Below are positions 41,992-52,170 of a DNA stretch of 64,000 nucleotides, in pieces. The notes beneath the pieces are model-generated. The model did no database searches, was not told where the DNA came from, and saw only the letters and a list, made by a program, of their open reading frames with translations. Origin of the DNA: Gloeobacterales cyanobacterium (GTDB taxonomy: Bacteria; Cyanobacteriota; Cyanobacteriia; Gloeobacterales; PMM-0068); assembly GCA_038245785.1 (NCBI GenBank), contig JBBRSB010000005.1, forward strand, positions 64,001 through 128,000, written 5' to 3'. A program made the translations under genes and the position numbers. Position 1 is the stretch's first letter. Each line of letters opens with the position of its first letter.

Positions 41992-42516
41992 ATGAGTTTG
42001 GCCTTGCCTATACTTTTGAGTGAAGCGGAAGCGGGATCCTTTGGTCTCAACTTCAACATTTTTGAAATCAATCTAATCAACTTTGTAATTGTTCTCTGTT
42101 TCCTCATCTACGCAGGAAGAGGTTTTCTCGGAAAAACCCTAGGAGAGCGCAGAGCCCAGATTGAAGAGGAAATCAGAACGGCCGAAGAAGCAAAAGCGGC
42201 AGCCGAAAAAGAGCTTGCTCAAGCAAAGCGGAATCTAGCCCAAGCCCAACAAGAAGCTCAACAGGTTCTGGCTAGAGGTCAAGAAAATGCTCAGCAGGTC
42301 CGAGTCAAGATTTTAGAAGATTCTGAGAAAGAGGCTGCACGGCTTCAAGAGTCTGCCCTAAAAGATATTGAGGGTGAGCGTCAACGGGTGATTGCACAGT
42401 TGAGAGCAACATTGGTGATGGATGCCCTAGCTTTAGCAGAGCAACAGCTTCCTTCTCAACTTACGGACGATACCCAACGTCGTCTTCTGGACCAAAGTAT
42501 CAATCTTCTAGGTTAG
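41992..42516 (+). CDS. atpF: F0 ATP synthase subunit b
   Basis: FGLNFNIFEINLIN...LGKTLGERR.I; RBS AGGAG. Confidence 0.95.
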   Translation: MSLALPILLSEAEAGSFGLNFNIFEINLINFVIVLCFLIYAGRGFLGKTLGERRAQIEEEIRTAEEAKAAAEKELAQAKRNLAQAQQEAQQVLARGQENAQQVRVKILEDSEKEAARLQESALKDIEGERQRVIAQLRATLVMDALALAEQQLPSQLTDDTQRRLLDQSINLLG

Positions 42517-42529
42517 GAGTAGCGTTCTT

Positions 42530-43075
42530 GTGTCTACCAAGCTAAGTGAACAGGTGAGTGAACGTTATGCTGGGGCATTTTTAGACCTGGGCAAGTCACA
42601 GAATTTAGTGGATCCATTCGGTGATGATGCAACTTTAATCCTGGCTGTTCTGGAGAAGACTCCAGAATTTATGGAATTTCTGAAAAGTCCAGTGCTTAAA
42701 GCTGCTGTCAAAAAAGCTGCTTTGGATTCAGCACTAAAAGATAAAGTTCATCTCTTTACCTTGAATTTCCTGCAGATTTTGGTAGACCGCAGACGCATCT
42801 TTTATATGGATGCTATTCTCCAACGCTATTTAGACCTGCTTCGTACCTATCGCAACATTACCCTGGCCGAAGTTACTTCAGCGACCACGCTCAGTCCTGA
42901 GCAAGAGCAGACGCTCCGCGAGCGGGTGAGTAAGATGTCCGGCTCCAGCAATGTAGAGCTAAACATCAAAGTTGACCCTCGATTGTTGGGTGGCATGATT
43001 GTAAAGGTGGGCGATAAGGTGATTGATGCCAGCCTGAAAGGTCAATTGCGTAAACTCGCACTCCAACTAACTTAG
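42530..43075 (+). CDS. atpD: F1 ATP synthase subunit delta
   Basis: RYA.A, NFLQILVDRRRI, VDPRLLGG..VKVGDKVIDASLKGQL (cyanobacterial atpD = E. coli atpH). Confidence 0.96.
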   Translation: MSTKLSEQVSERYAGAFLDLGKSQNLVDPFGDDATLILAVLEKTPEFMEFLKSPVLKAAVKKAALDSALKDKVHLFTLNFLQILVDRRRIFYMDAILQRYLDLLRTYRNITLAEVTSATTLSPEQEQTLRERVSKMSGSSNVELNIKVDPRLLGGMIVKVGDKVIDASLKGQLRKLALQLT

Positions 43076-43082
43076 CCAAATC

Positions 43083-43196
43083 ACTTAGTAGGTGGGCTTA
43101 ATTAAAGCGAACATGACCCCCGGCTATCGCCGTCCCCCTTGGCAAGGGGGACTACAGGGGGTCTTCTATTTACTTCCACCTAGTTACTTAGTAGGT
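43083..43196. mobile_element. MITE-like element, copy B
   Basis: Inverted TAGGTGG (43089-43095) / CCACCTA (43176-43182); direct repeat ACTTAGTAGGT at 43083 and 43186; nested hairpin GACCCCC..GTCCCCCTT-GGC-AAGGGGGAC..GGGGGTC; homologous to 27116-27208. Confidence 0.7.
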
Positions 43197-43201
43197 TTTT
43201 T

Positions 43202-44131
43202 ATGGCGGGGCTGATTGTCATCTGTGGCCCCACTGCCACAGGGAAGACAGCCTTAGCCGTTCATTTAGGAACAGTCTTTAAGGCCCCAGTACTCTCTGCG
43301 GATTCTCGCCAAGTGTATCGGGGTTTTAATGTTGGTACAGCCAAGCCAACACTGGGAGAACAAGCGGGTGTGCCTCACTTTCTGATCGACATTGCCGACC
43401 CAAGAGAAACCTATACCGCAGCTCGATTCCAACAGGAAGCAACGGCCCTGATTCACACGTTCCATCAGCAGGGGATTACTCCTATTTTGGCTGGCGGAAC
43501 AGGACTCTATATCCAATCGGTGACCGAGGGACTAGTCATTCCTTCAGTTGCACCTGATCCTGTTATACGAGAACTGCTAGCTAGCAAACCTCTGACAGCG
43601 TTGCGAGCAGAACTCTTAAGCAAAGATCCAGAAGCGGCACTCAGCATTCACCCAAATGACCGTTTGCGGACTAGTCGAGCCTTGGAAGTTTGGTACACGA
43701 CTGGAAAACCATTAAGCAGTCAAAAAGGACGAAATCCTCCGAGTTATCCGATACTTTATTTAGGCTTAGATACTCCCAACCGAGCCGTATTGCAGCGGCG
43801 GATTGAATCGCGTACTCGAACCATGGTAGACAAAGGACTTCTGGAAGAGATCCACGGCTTAGGGACACAATATGGCCAAAATTTATCGCTTTTAGAAACG
43901 CTAGGCTATAGAGAATTCAGGAAGCATCTCCACAAAGAATGCACCTTAGAAGAAGCAGTCCAACAAACCATTCTGCACACCCGCCAGTTTGCGAAACGGC
44001 AAACCACTTGGTTTAAAGCCAATCCCCACACACTATGGTTTGATATTGCCAATCATGACTTTGAGCAGTTGACTGATAAAACAGAAGAGTTAGTTCATGA
44101 TTGGTTGCGCAAGACTCACATTGAACTCTAA
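43202..44131 (+). CDS. miaA: tRNA dimethylallyltransferase
   Basis: GPTATGKT, SADSRQVY, GTAKP, GGTGLY, AKRQ.TWF. Confidence 0.97.
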   Translation: MAGLIVICGPTATGKTALAVHLGTVFKAPVLSADSRQVYRGFNVGTAKPTLGEQAGVPHFLIDIADPRETYTAARFQQEATALIHTFHQQGITPILAGGTGLYIQSVTEGLVIPSVAPDPVIRELLASKPLTALRAELLSKDPEAALSIHPNDRLRTSRALEVWYTTGKPLSSQKGRNPPSYPILYLGLDTPNRAVLQRRIESRTRTMVDKGLLEEIHGLGTQYGQNLSLLETLGYREFRKHLHKECTLEEAVQQTILHTRQFAKRQTTWFKANPHTLWFDIANHDFEQLTDKTEELVHDWLRKTHIEL

Positions 44132-45765
44132 ATATAACAATTCAACTCTCCTGCCCATTGAGTGAAAAGCATATTTTCTCGGTAGTCTACAGGACAATCA
44201 ATAATCGTAGGAACAGATTGCTCCAGAGCTGTTTTTAGGGTGGGGATAAATTCATCTACAGCATTAATACGATAACCGATAAGGCTCATACTTTCCGCTA
44301 GCTTGACAAAATCAGGATTGTTAAATTGGACGAAAGCTGATTGATTAAACTTGATATTTTGTTTCCATTCAATCAGTCCATAACCACCATCATTGAAAAT
44401 GATAGTGACAAAAGGAGTTCCTACCCGTGTTGCTGTTTCCAACTCCTGCATATTCATCATAAATCCTCCATCTCCAGTCACTGCAACAACTTTGCGATTG
44501 GGATGAACTATTTTGGCTGCTACTGCTCCAGGGATTGCTATCCCCATGGCCGCAAAACCATTAGAAATCAAGCAGGTATTGGGATAGTCACAATGGTAGT
44601 GACGAGCCATCCACATCTTATGCGCACCCACATCGCTAATCACAATATCTTTTCGTCCCATCACACTGCGCAGGTCATAGATAAGCTTTTGAGGTTTAAT
44701 GGGGAACTCTTGATCATTGGCATAGCGTTCGTAATCTTCTCGAATGGCCTCACGCAATCCTAAGGCATAAGGGTCTTTCTTCTCTTTGCGATTTGCCTGC
44801 AGAAGAATCTGAACTAGAGCAGTAGAAATGTCACCTAGCACTTCTACTTCTGGAATATAACTGCTATCCACTTCTGCTGCTAATTCAGCAATGTGAATAA
44901 TCGGAATGTTGCCTTCAGGATTCCATTTTTTGGGAGAATACTCTACTAAGTCATAGCCAATGGCAATCACTAAATCGGCACGATCAAAACCACAATTAAT
45001 GTAATCTCTCTGTTGTAATCCTACAGCCCATAAAGCGAGGGGATGTTTATAGGGAATGACCCCTTTTCCCATGAAGGTATTTGCTACAGGGATATTTAAC
45101 TCTGTCGCAAACTGGGTCAAGGCATTACTGGCACGAGCACGAATCACTCCGTTGCCCACTAAGATCAATGGATTTTCTGCACGGGAAATGGCCTCTGCTG
45201 CTTGATGGATACTGATAGGAGAAGAGTCCGTCATACTATTAGGTTTTAAGAGAATGGGATGCCCTTTAGCCTCTATGGCCGCAATATCCTCTGGCAGGTC
45301 AATGTGTACGGCTCCTGATTTTTCAGATTGAGCTACCTGAAAGGCTTTGCGAACAATTTCCGGGGTGTTTGCTGGGCGAACAATTTGCGTACTCCACTTG
45401 GTTACGGGGGTAAACATTGCAACCAAGTCTAAATACTGATGAGAACCTGTATACATTCGGTCTGTGCCCACTTGTCCGGTAATCGCTACTAAAGGAGCGC
45501 AGTCCAAATTGGCATCTGCTACGCCGGTCATTAAATTGGTAGCGCCTGGTCCCAAAGTGGATAAACATACTCCAGCTTTCCCAGTCAAGCGACCGTATAC
45601 ATCTGCCATAAAGGCAGCACCTTGCTCATGGCGGGTGGTAATAAATTGAATCGAAGAATTTCTAATCGCTTCCAATAGTTGAATATTTTCTTCGCCCGGA
45701 AGACCAAAGATATATTGGACCCCTTCATTCTCTAGGCATTGCACGAGTAATTCAGCTGTATTCAT
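44128..45765 (-). CDS. ThDP-dependent 2-oxoglutarate decarboxylase (acetolactate synthase-like)
   Basis: MNTAELLVQCLENEGV..IFGLPGEEN, GDGGFMMN; ATGA-coupled to SSADH, as in the cyanobacterial TCA bypass. Confidence 0.85.
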   Translation of the reverse strand: MNTAELLVQCLENEGVQYIFGLPGEENIQLLEAIRNSSIQFITTRHEQGAAFMADVYGRLTGKAGVCLSTLGPGATNLMTGVADANLDCAPLVAITGQVGTDRMYTGSHQYLDLVAMFTPVTKWSTQIVRPANTPEIVRKAFQVAQSEKSGAVHIDLPEDIAAIEAKGHPILLKPNSMTDSSPISIHQAAEAISRAENPLILVGNGVIRARASNALTQFATELNIPVANTFMGKGVIPYKHPLALWAVGLQQRDYINCGFDRADLVIAIGYDLVEYSPKKWNPEGNIPIIHIAELAAEVDSSYIPEVEVLGDISTALVQILLQANRKEKKDPYALGLREAIREDYERYANDQEFPIKPQKLIYDLRSVMGRKDIVISDVGAHKMWMARHYHCDYPNTCLISNGFAAMGIAIPGAVAAKIVHPNRKVVAVTGDGGFMMNMQELETATRVGTPFVTIIFNDGGYGLIEWKQNIKFNQSAFVQFNNPDFVKLAESMSLIGYRINAVDEFIPTLKTALEQSVPTIIDCPVDYRENMLFTQWAGELNCYI

Positions 45766-47126
45766 TGCACCCACACCGTTTTAATGTTTACGAATTCGTG
45801 TATTCCTTGAATGCTTAGTTCTCTGCCATATCCAGAATTTTTAGTTCCCCCAAACGGCAGTCTAGGATCTGATTTGACCATGCCATTAATAAATACGGAG
45901 CCTGACTGTAAGCCCTTGATCAGTAGCTGCTGCTCTTTCTGGTCTTGGGTCCAGGCGCTAGAGCCTAATCCGAAAGCAGTGTCATTGGCCAATTGAATAG
46001 CTTCCTGTACGTTTTTAACTCGAAATAAACTGGCTACAGGACCAAAGAACTCTTCTGCATAAGCAGGGCTATCTTTTGGGATGTTCGTTAAAATAGTGGC
46101 CTCAAAGTAGTTGCCAGGCAAGGTGGTAATACGATGTCCGCCGGTTAATAGAGCAGCTCCTTTCTGAAGGCTTTCTTGAATTTGTTTTTCTAAATCATCT
46201 AAGATTTGAGGAGTAGCTAAAGGACCTAAATCAGTAGTAGGATCCATTGGATCTCCGACCTTTAATTCCTGGAATTTTGCAACAAAGGCGCGCTCGAATT
46301 GGTCAGCAATATTTTCTGTCACAATAAACCGCTTAGCAGCAATACACGATTGACCATTGTTGAGCATTCTGGCTTTAACGGCCGTGCTGACAGCCTGCCC
46401 TATGTCGGCACTGTCCAAAACGATAAACGGATCGCTTCCACCAAGTTCTAGGACTGTCTTTTTCAGATGCTGTCCTGCTTGCGCTGCCACTCCCCGACCC
46501 GCAGGCTCACTACCGGTCAAGGTGACAGCCTTCACTCTAGGGTCTGAGATTAGGCTAGAGACTCGCTCTGCTTGAATCAGTAAGGTCTGAAACGCACCTG
46601 GCATAAAGCCTGCTTGAACGAATACTTCTTCAATCGCAAGGGCACATTGAGGCACATTAGAAGCATGTTTTAGTAATCCAACATTCCCGGTCATCAAAGC
46701 GGGTGCAGCAAAGCGGAAAACTTGCCAGTAGGGAAAGTTCCAAGGCATGACCGCAAGAACAATGCCTAGGGGTTCAAAGCGGACCCAGCTGCGAGTTGCA
46801 TCTGTCGGCACCACACTATTTGCCAAGAACTGAGCACCATGATCTGCGTAGTAGCGACAGACGGCAGCACACTTTTCAACTTCTGCGATGGCGGCAGTAT
46901 AGGTCTTGCCCATCTCCAGCGTCGCCAGAGCAGCTAGGCGTTCACAGTCTTTTTCTAAAATGATAGCGGCCTGATGTAGCCCCGTAGCCCGCTCTTCTAG
47001 AGAATGTTGGTGCTCTGTAAAAGTTCTCTGGGCTAGCTCAAGTTTTATTTCAACTTCAGCGTCTGTCAGGGCATCAAAGATCCGGACTGTCTTACCCGTA
47101 GCGGGATTAATGGTGGCAATAACCAT
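45762..47126 (-). CDS. gabD: succinate-semialdehyde dehydrogenase
   Basis: MPWNFPYWQVFRFAAP, LELGGSDP, NNGQSCIAAKRF, EEFFGP. Confidence 0.92.
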   Translation of the reverse strand: MVIATINPATGKTVRIFDALTDAEVEIKLELAQRTFTEHQHSLEERATGLHQAAIILEKDCERLAALATLEMGKTYTAAIAEVEKCAAVCRYYADHGAQFLANSVVPTDATRSWVRFEPLGIVLAVMPWNFPYWQVFRFAAPALMTGNVGLLKHASNVPQCALAIEEVFVQAGFMPGAFQTLLIQAERVSSLISDPRVKAVTLTGSEPAGRGVAAQAGQHLKKTVLELGGSDPFIVLDSADIGQAVSTAVKARMLNNGQSCIAAKRFIVTENIADQFERAFVAKFQELKVGDPMDPTTDLGPLATPQILDDLEKQIQESLQKGAALLTGGHRITTLPGNYFEATILTNIPKDSPAYAEEFFGPVASLFRVKNVQEAIQLANDTAFGLGSSAWTQDQKEQQLLIKGLQSGSVFINGMVKSDPRLPFGGTKNSGYGRELSIQGIHEFVNIKTVWVQ

Positions 47127-47206
47127 TTTTCTTCTTAGCGCTGTGGGTTCAGGTTTAACACATTCTGTCTCAGACTGGAAAGCAAATAACCTTTATTAAC
47201 TCAATC

Positions 47207-47243
47207 AAAAAGCCCTTTCTCCTGTGCTTCAAGAGAAAGGATT
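47207..47243 (-). terminator. intrinsic terminator of rpe
   Basis: CCTTTCTC...GAGAAAGG stem with an A-run on the left (U-tract on the minus strand). Confidence 0.6.
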
Positions 47244-47257
47244 TAGTAACTTATTGT

Positions 47258-47950
47258 TTACTCAGCCGCTTGAGCAGCAGGGCGTTTGCTGTGGCGAATG
47301 CCATCGATCGCTTTTGCATAGTCTGAAGTGTTGAATACAGCAGAACCCGCCACAATCGCATTTGCTCCGGCTTCTAGAACTTGCCAGGTGTTTTCACCTT
47401 TGAGTCCTCCATCCACTTCAATCCAAGGATCGAGCCCGCGCTCATCGCACATAGCCCGTAGCTTACGGATTTTAGGTATCACGTCAGGAATGAAGCTTTG
47501 ACCGCCAAATCCAGGGTTGACGGACATGATCAAGATCAAGTCGCACAGGGGTAGGACGTACTCAATAAATTCTAAGGGTGTGCCCGGATTGAGTGATACG
47601 CCTGCGAGTTTACCCAACTCGCGGATCTGTCCGAGATTGCGATGCAGATGAGGACAGGCATTGTGCTCTGCGTGCACGGTGATGATATCCGCGCCTGCTT
47701 TGGCAAAATCTTCCACGTAACGCTCTGGTTCGACAATCATCAGATGGACATCTAACGGCTTTTTCGTCACTGGACGAATGGCCTTGACGATTAAAGGACC
47801 AATAGTGATGTTCGGTACAAACCGTCCATCCATCACGTCCACATGAATCCAATCGGCCCCTGCTGCATCTACTGCTCTGATGTCATCGCCAAGACGACTA
47901 AAATCTGCAGACAAAATAGATGGCGAAATTACTACTGGTTTTGTGCTCAT
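47258..47950 (-). CDS. rpe: ribulose-phosphate 3-epimerase
   Basis: [31 protein letters not shown]. Confidence 0.98.
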   Translation of the reverse strand: MSTKPVVISPSILSADFSRLGDDIRAVDAAGADWIHVDVMDGRFVPNITIGPLIVKAIRPVTKKPLDVHLMIVEPERYVEDFAKAGADIITVHAEHNACPHLHRNLGQIRELGKLAGVSLNPGTPLEFIEYVLPLCDLILIMSVNPGFGGQSFIPDVIPKIRKLRAMCDERGLDPWIEVDGGLKGENTWQVLEAGANAIVAGSAVFNTSDYAKAIDGIRHSKRPAAQAAE

Positions 47951-48077
47951 TGATCCCCCGCTTCCTGGTCCTCAACTAAGACGAGTGTAAAAGCTTTTCT
48001 GACATAAACACAAGCACCAGATTCTATCTCGGAGAACAATGGCAGTAGGATATAGGGTGAATTATGCAATAACCACT

Positions 48078-49226
48078 ATGCAACGACGAATTTGGATAAC
48101 CTTAGCTTGCTCACTCTGTCTGACCCTCGCGGCTTGCGGAGGGGACACCTCCACGGGAGGGACAGGCACCTCAGCGGGTGGGGGCGGCAAAATATACATT
48201 GGAGTAGCGACTCCCCTATCTGGAGCCCAATCCGTATTTGGTGAAGACCAATTGAACGCCGCTAAACTCGCGGTACAACAGGCGAATGAGAAGGGGGGCA
48301 TCAAAGGCAGACAAGTCGAAATTGTGGAAGGAGATGATCAGGCAGACCCGAAACAGGCAGCCATTGTTGCCCAGAAACTAGTGAGTACCGATGGGCTGTT
48401 AGGAGTTGTCGGGCATTTCAATTCTGGATCTTCTATTCCTGCTTCGGCTACTTATAATCGTGCTGATTTGACCATGATTTCCCCTGGTAGCACCAATCCC
48501 AAATTGACCGATCAAGGATTCAAAAACGTCTTTCGGGTAGTTGGTCGGGATGATCAGCAGGGCGAGATTATTGGTAAATATGCTGTAGATAATTTGAAGG
48601 CTAAGGTGATTGCCGTTCTTCATGATAAAACTGCCTATGGTCAGGGACTAGCCGAATTTTTCAGAAAAACCGTGGAAGCCGGTGGAGCAAAAGTTGTCTA
48701 CTTCCAAGGAGTTACCCAAGGAGATAAAGACTTTAGAGCGGTATTGACTAAGGTTAAAGGACTGAATCCTGATGCAATCTTCTTTGGCGGCGTGTTTACA
48801 GAGTCAGGTCTGATTGCTTCCCAAGCCCGACAGGTCGGCATCACCGCTAGCTTCCTCAGCGGAGATGGTTCTAAGGAAGAGAGCTTTATAAAAACCTTGG
48901 GGACTGATACGAGCAAGGTCTACATCAGCAGCGTTGCTCAGGTAAATAGTAAGGACTTCAGAGACCTGTACGAAAAGACCTATAAGCGTGCCCCTGGTCC
49001 CTATGCTCCTTATGCCTATGATGCAGCGCGGGTTCTTTTAAAGAGCATTGCTGAGGCTCCGGGAGATGCGCTCCCAGACCGTAAAACCGTAATGGAAAAC
49101 GTAGCCAAGACCAAAGACTTTGCGGGCTTAGGCGGTCCGATCAACTTTGATAGCAAAGGCGATCCGGTGAAAGCTCCTTTCCAAATTTTCGTCATCAAGA
49201 ATGGTGCATTTGTTCCAACATCTTAG
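48078..49226 (+). CDS. branched-chain amino acid ABC substrate-binding lipoprotein (LivJ-like)
   Basis: Lipobox LAAC, VVGHFNSG, STNPKLT, DDQQG, DKTAYGQGLA; ATG 48078 or 48039. Confidence 0.92.
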   Translation: MQRRIWITLACSLCLTLAACGGDTSTGGTGTSAGGGGKIYIGVATPLSGAQSVFGEDQLNAAKLAVQQANEKGGIKGRQVEIVEGDDQADPKQAAIVAQKLVSTDGLLGVVGHFNSGSSIPASATYNRADLTMISPGSTNPKLTDQGFKNVFRVVGRDDQQGEIIGKYAVDNLKAKVIAVLHDKTAYGQGLAEFFRKTVEAGGAKVVYFQGVTQGDKDFRAVLTKVKGLNPDAIFFGGVFTESGLIASQARQVGITASFLSGDGSKEESFIKTLGTDTSKVYISSVAQVNSKDFRDLYEKTYKRAPGPYAPYAYDAARVLLKSIAEAPGDALPDRKTVMENVAKTKDFAGLGGPINFDSKGDPVKAPFQIFVIKNGAFVPTS

Positions 49227-49228
49227 CT

Positions 49229-49960
49229 ATGACAGATTCCCTGGTCGTTATTCCTGATATTCATGGTCGGTTAGATAAATTACAGAATCTATCAGGCACC
49301 CTTTGGCTCTTGGGCTATGGTGAGCGCCCCTGGGTATTTCTGGGAGATTATATAGACCGAGGGCCCGATAGTTTGGGGGTTCTGGACTATTTGATGGCTC
49401 TGCGCAAAGAACATGTCCATTGGATCTTTCTGAGGGGAAATCATGAGCAGATGATGCTGGACTATCTGGCGTTAGGCAGCCTCCAATGGTTTCATGATGC
49501 TAACGGAGGCCGCCAGACCGTGGATTCCTACGAGCGTTTTTATAGCCGTGAATTTAAAAAGAGAGATGATTTTCTAAAGACGGTAGACAGCCACAAACAT
49601 CTAGAATTTCTGCTCAATACTAAGCTCTATCACCAAACAGAAGACTATTTCTTTAGTCATGCTCCGATTCCAAAGGAGCAGTATCGCTCTCCAGAATTGG
49701 TGTCTTCCCCAGGACATGTGTTTCCGGCCAAGCTTTGCTACTGGTCCTATCCCGGTTCTACCGATGAAGCTGAATATGCCTTGGAGCATCCCGATCGGTT
49801 TGCCGTCTGTGGGCATGTCCACCAGCTCAATCAGGGAAAAGCAACAGCACGCCTCTATGACCATATCTGTTATCTAGATGCAGGATGCGGCTGCCATCCT
49901 GAAGCTCCTCTCGCAGCGCTGATTCTGCCTGAAAAGAAAATAGTTTATTCCTCAGTATAA
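49229..49960 (+). CDS. metallophosphoesterase (PPP family)
   Basis: DIHG, GDYIDRG, GNHE, SHA, GH motifs. Confidence 0.9.
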   Translation: MTDSLVVIPDIHGRLDKLQNLSGTLWLLGYGERPWVFLGDYIDRGPDSLGVLDYLMALRKEHVHWIFLRGNHEQMMLDYLALGSLQWFHDANGGRQTVDSYERFYSREFKKRDDFLKTVDSHKHLEFLLNTKLYHQTEDYFFSHAPIPKEQYRSPELVSSPGHVFPAKLCYWSYPGSTDEAEYALEHPDRFAVCGHVHQLNQGKATARLYDHICYLDAGCGCHPEAPLAALILPEKKIVYSSV

Positions 49961-49969
49961 TTTTAAATC

Positions 49970-50005
49970 TCCCCTCTCCTGAGGGAGAGGGGATTAAGGG
50001 GTGAG
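49970..50005. repeat. GC hairpin / short dispersed repeat between convergent genes
   Basis: TCCCCTCTCC-TGAG-GGAGAGGGGA followed by TTAAGGGGTGAG. Confidence 0.6.
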
Positions 50006-51163
50006 AGCCAACTTATAAATCTGTTCCGCTATTCTCTGGCTTGCTCCAGAAATTCCCATACGTTCTAAGCCGTTTTCCTTGAATAGGGCCAGCTTCTCCG
50101 CATTTTCTAAGGTTGTCCAAAGCTTGTGTTTTAGTTCCTCTGGATTGTGGCAAAGGAATACCGAGGGGCCTAGGAGTCGGGTTTGAGCTTCTGCGAAGGT
50201 ATAAGTGAACTGAGGACCTTCTCCTGCAAAGCTGAAGACAGGTTTCCCCATGCCTACACATTGTTCTGTTGCTGTCCCCGCCATCGCTATAGCAAAATCT
50301 GCCCGCTGGAGGGCATCAGCAAAAAGCCCCCGGACTAGATGAACCACTAAATTTCCTTGTGCCAAATAGCCGCCCGTTGCCATTGGGGTAAATCGCCAAC
50401 CCAACTGAGCCAGTTCCCTATCTTCTAGGGCTCCGGCCAAAGCACAAAGGTATTGCAATGCAGAGGGTGTCTGTCCCCCAAGCTGTGTCAACTGGCTTAG
50501 AAGGAGCTGTAAATTGCGGTAGGCTTCAGGAGGGCGGGAGCCCGGTAAGATAAGGCCGACTCGACTGTGTTGGAAAATGCCTAGGCTTTCGAAATTAAAG
50601 CCTTTGGGTTCCAAGCCATCCATCATTGGATTGCCCAGATAGTAAGCCCGCTCTATCTTTTTCGCTCTGAGATTGTCAGTAGTGATTTGGTCGCGGATAA
50701 AGGCGGCTCGACATTGTCTAGAATTCATCAGCCAGCGGTCCCAAGGATCGAAAACGGTAGGTTTACCGCCGAGATAATAATCGGACTTAGCCGTCGCTAC
50801 AAAGGCATAGGGCAATCCCGAAGTCCACGCAAAAAGTAGGACGACAATATCTCCTACTGCCAAAATAAAATCCCCTGTTTTCTTCCATGCCTTAATCGTC
50901 TGCCACTGCTGGACCGTCAATTCCCCTAAGCCCTCTTGCATATCTTTAAGGAGCTGTTTGCTGTCCATGTAGACAAAGCCCCCAGAGGGGAGAACTTTGG
51001 CAGGGCCAATAACGGGGATTCCTAGTTTTTTATAGGCTTCCCCCAAACCGACAATGGGTAGGGCAGAAAGAGTGATTGGATAGTGATGCAGCTGTTCCAA
51101 GATGCGCACGGCTACTTGGTCCTCACCGTGACCATTACTAATACAAAGGACTTTGGTCTGCAT
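49994..51163 (-). CDS. lipid-A-disaccharide synthase-related protein (TIGR03492-like)
   Basis: LCISNGHGED, AVGDI, TAKSDYY, GNPMMD, LPGSR, MAGTATEQ. Confidence 0.88.
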   Translation of the reverse strand: MQTKVLCISNGHGEDQVAVRILEQLHHYPITLSALPIVGLGEAYKKLGIPVIGPAKVLPSGGFVYMDSKQLLKDMQEGLGELTVQQWQTIKAWKKTGDFILAVGDIVVLLFAWTSGLPYAFVATAKSDYYLGGKPTVFDPWDRWLMNSRQCRAAFIRDQITTDNLRAKKIERAYYLGNPMMDGLEPKGFNFESLGIFQHSRVGLILPGSRPPEAYRNLQLLLSQLTQLGGQTPSALQYLCALAGALEDRELAQLGWRFTPMATGGYLAQGNLVVHLVRGLFADALQRADFAIAMAGTATEQCVGMGKPVFSFAGEGPQFTYTFAEAQTRLLGPSVFLCHNPEELKHKLWTTLENAEKLALFKENGLERMGISGASQRIAEQIYKLALTP

Positions 51164-51181
51164 CGGGATATTTTAGAACCT

Positions 51182-51820
51182 ATGCGCTACTTTTATCTGC
51201 ACGGTTTTGCTTCAGGTCCGGGAACTCAGAAAGGTCAGTACTACCGCACTCGGTTTGCGGAGCTTGGCTTTCCTCTGATTTTGCCAGACCTCAATGATGG
51301 CGGCTTCGAACATCTCACGTTTACCCGGCAACTTGCCGTTATTCAGCGGTCCTTCGGCGATAGCCCAGAGCCTGTGGTGCTCTTGGGGTCTAGCCTAGGT
51401 GCTGTATTAGCTGTGTTAACAGCTATCCAGGATGAGCGTATCCAAAAACTTGTGCTGCTGGCTCCAGCCTTTCAGTTTTTTTCCTGCTGGTCGGCTATTG
51501 CTCCTGCAGACTTTATACAAGCCTGGCAGGAAATGGGGTACACCGAGGTATTTCATCATGGATATCGGAAGAACTGTCGTTTGCACTACGGTATTCTGGC
51601 GGATGCGGCTCAGTATGACGAGGAGCAGCTAGTCCGCCCAATTCCAACCCTCATTTTTCACGGCACAAGGGATGATGTTGTACCGCCCGCTGTCAGTGAA
51701 AACTTCTGTGAAACCAGACCGTGGGTTGAGTTAGTTCTTCTAAATAGTGACCATCAGTTAACGGATGTACTAGAGGTGCTCTGGCAAAAAACACTGACCT
51801 TTCTACAGCCATCCCTGTAA
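51182..51820 (+). CDS. YqiA/YcfP-family alpha/beta hydrolase
   Basis: MRYFYLHGFASGP, GSSLG, HGTRDDVV, SDHQL; ATG 51182 avoids overlap with the divergent gene. Confidence 0.9.
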   Translation: MRYFYLHGFASGPGTQKGQYYRTRFAELGFPLILPDLNDGGFEHLTFTRQLAVIQRSFGDSPEPVVLLGSSLGAVLAVLTAIQDERIQKLVLLAPAFQFFSCWSAIAPADFIQAWQEMGYTEVFHHGYRKNCRLHYGILADAAQYDEEQLVRPIPTLIFHGTRDDVVPPAVSENFCETRPWVELVLLNSDHQLTDVLEVLWQKTLTFLQPSL

Positions 51821-52170
51821 CTTTTAGCTTTGGAGCACCAGGGAGGTCTCTTATTAAAGATTTGAAGAAGGATGTATGAACTTTGCGTTAACTGTGCCCG
51901 CTCTCCTGCCCCCATGAAAGCCTAAAAAAATAGCATGACAACACTTCTCCAGGCATGAGTTCTAGGATTTGCATCTGATTGGGCAAAGTGCTTTAGAAAA
52001 TAACTACGAGTTTCTACACTCTCGTTTAGGATTTTGTTACTAATTGTAAGTAAATACACATAGTGACATCTTTCTTAAAGTGTATATATTAATAAAGTGC
52101 TATCCAAATGAGACTTAATAAAGTTTTAGGTAGCTGCAAGTAAATTTACGGATGACAGCCAAACAGCTTC

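Noticed and set aside
48078..49226. Complete liv ABC transporter operon
   Set aside because: Only the binding protein is present; scattered ABC components are common in cyanobacteria.
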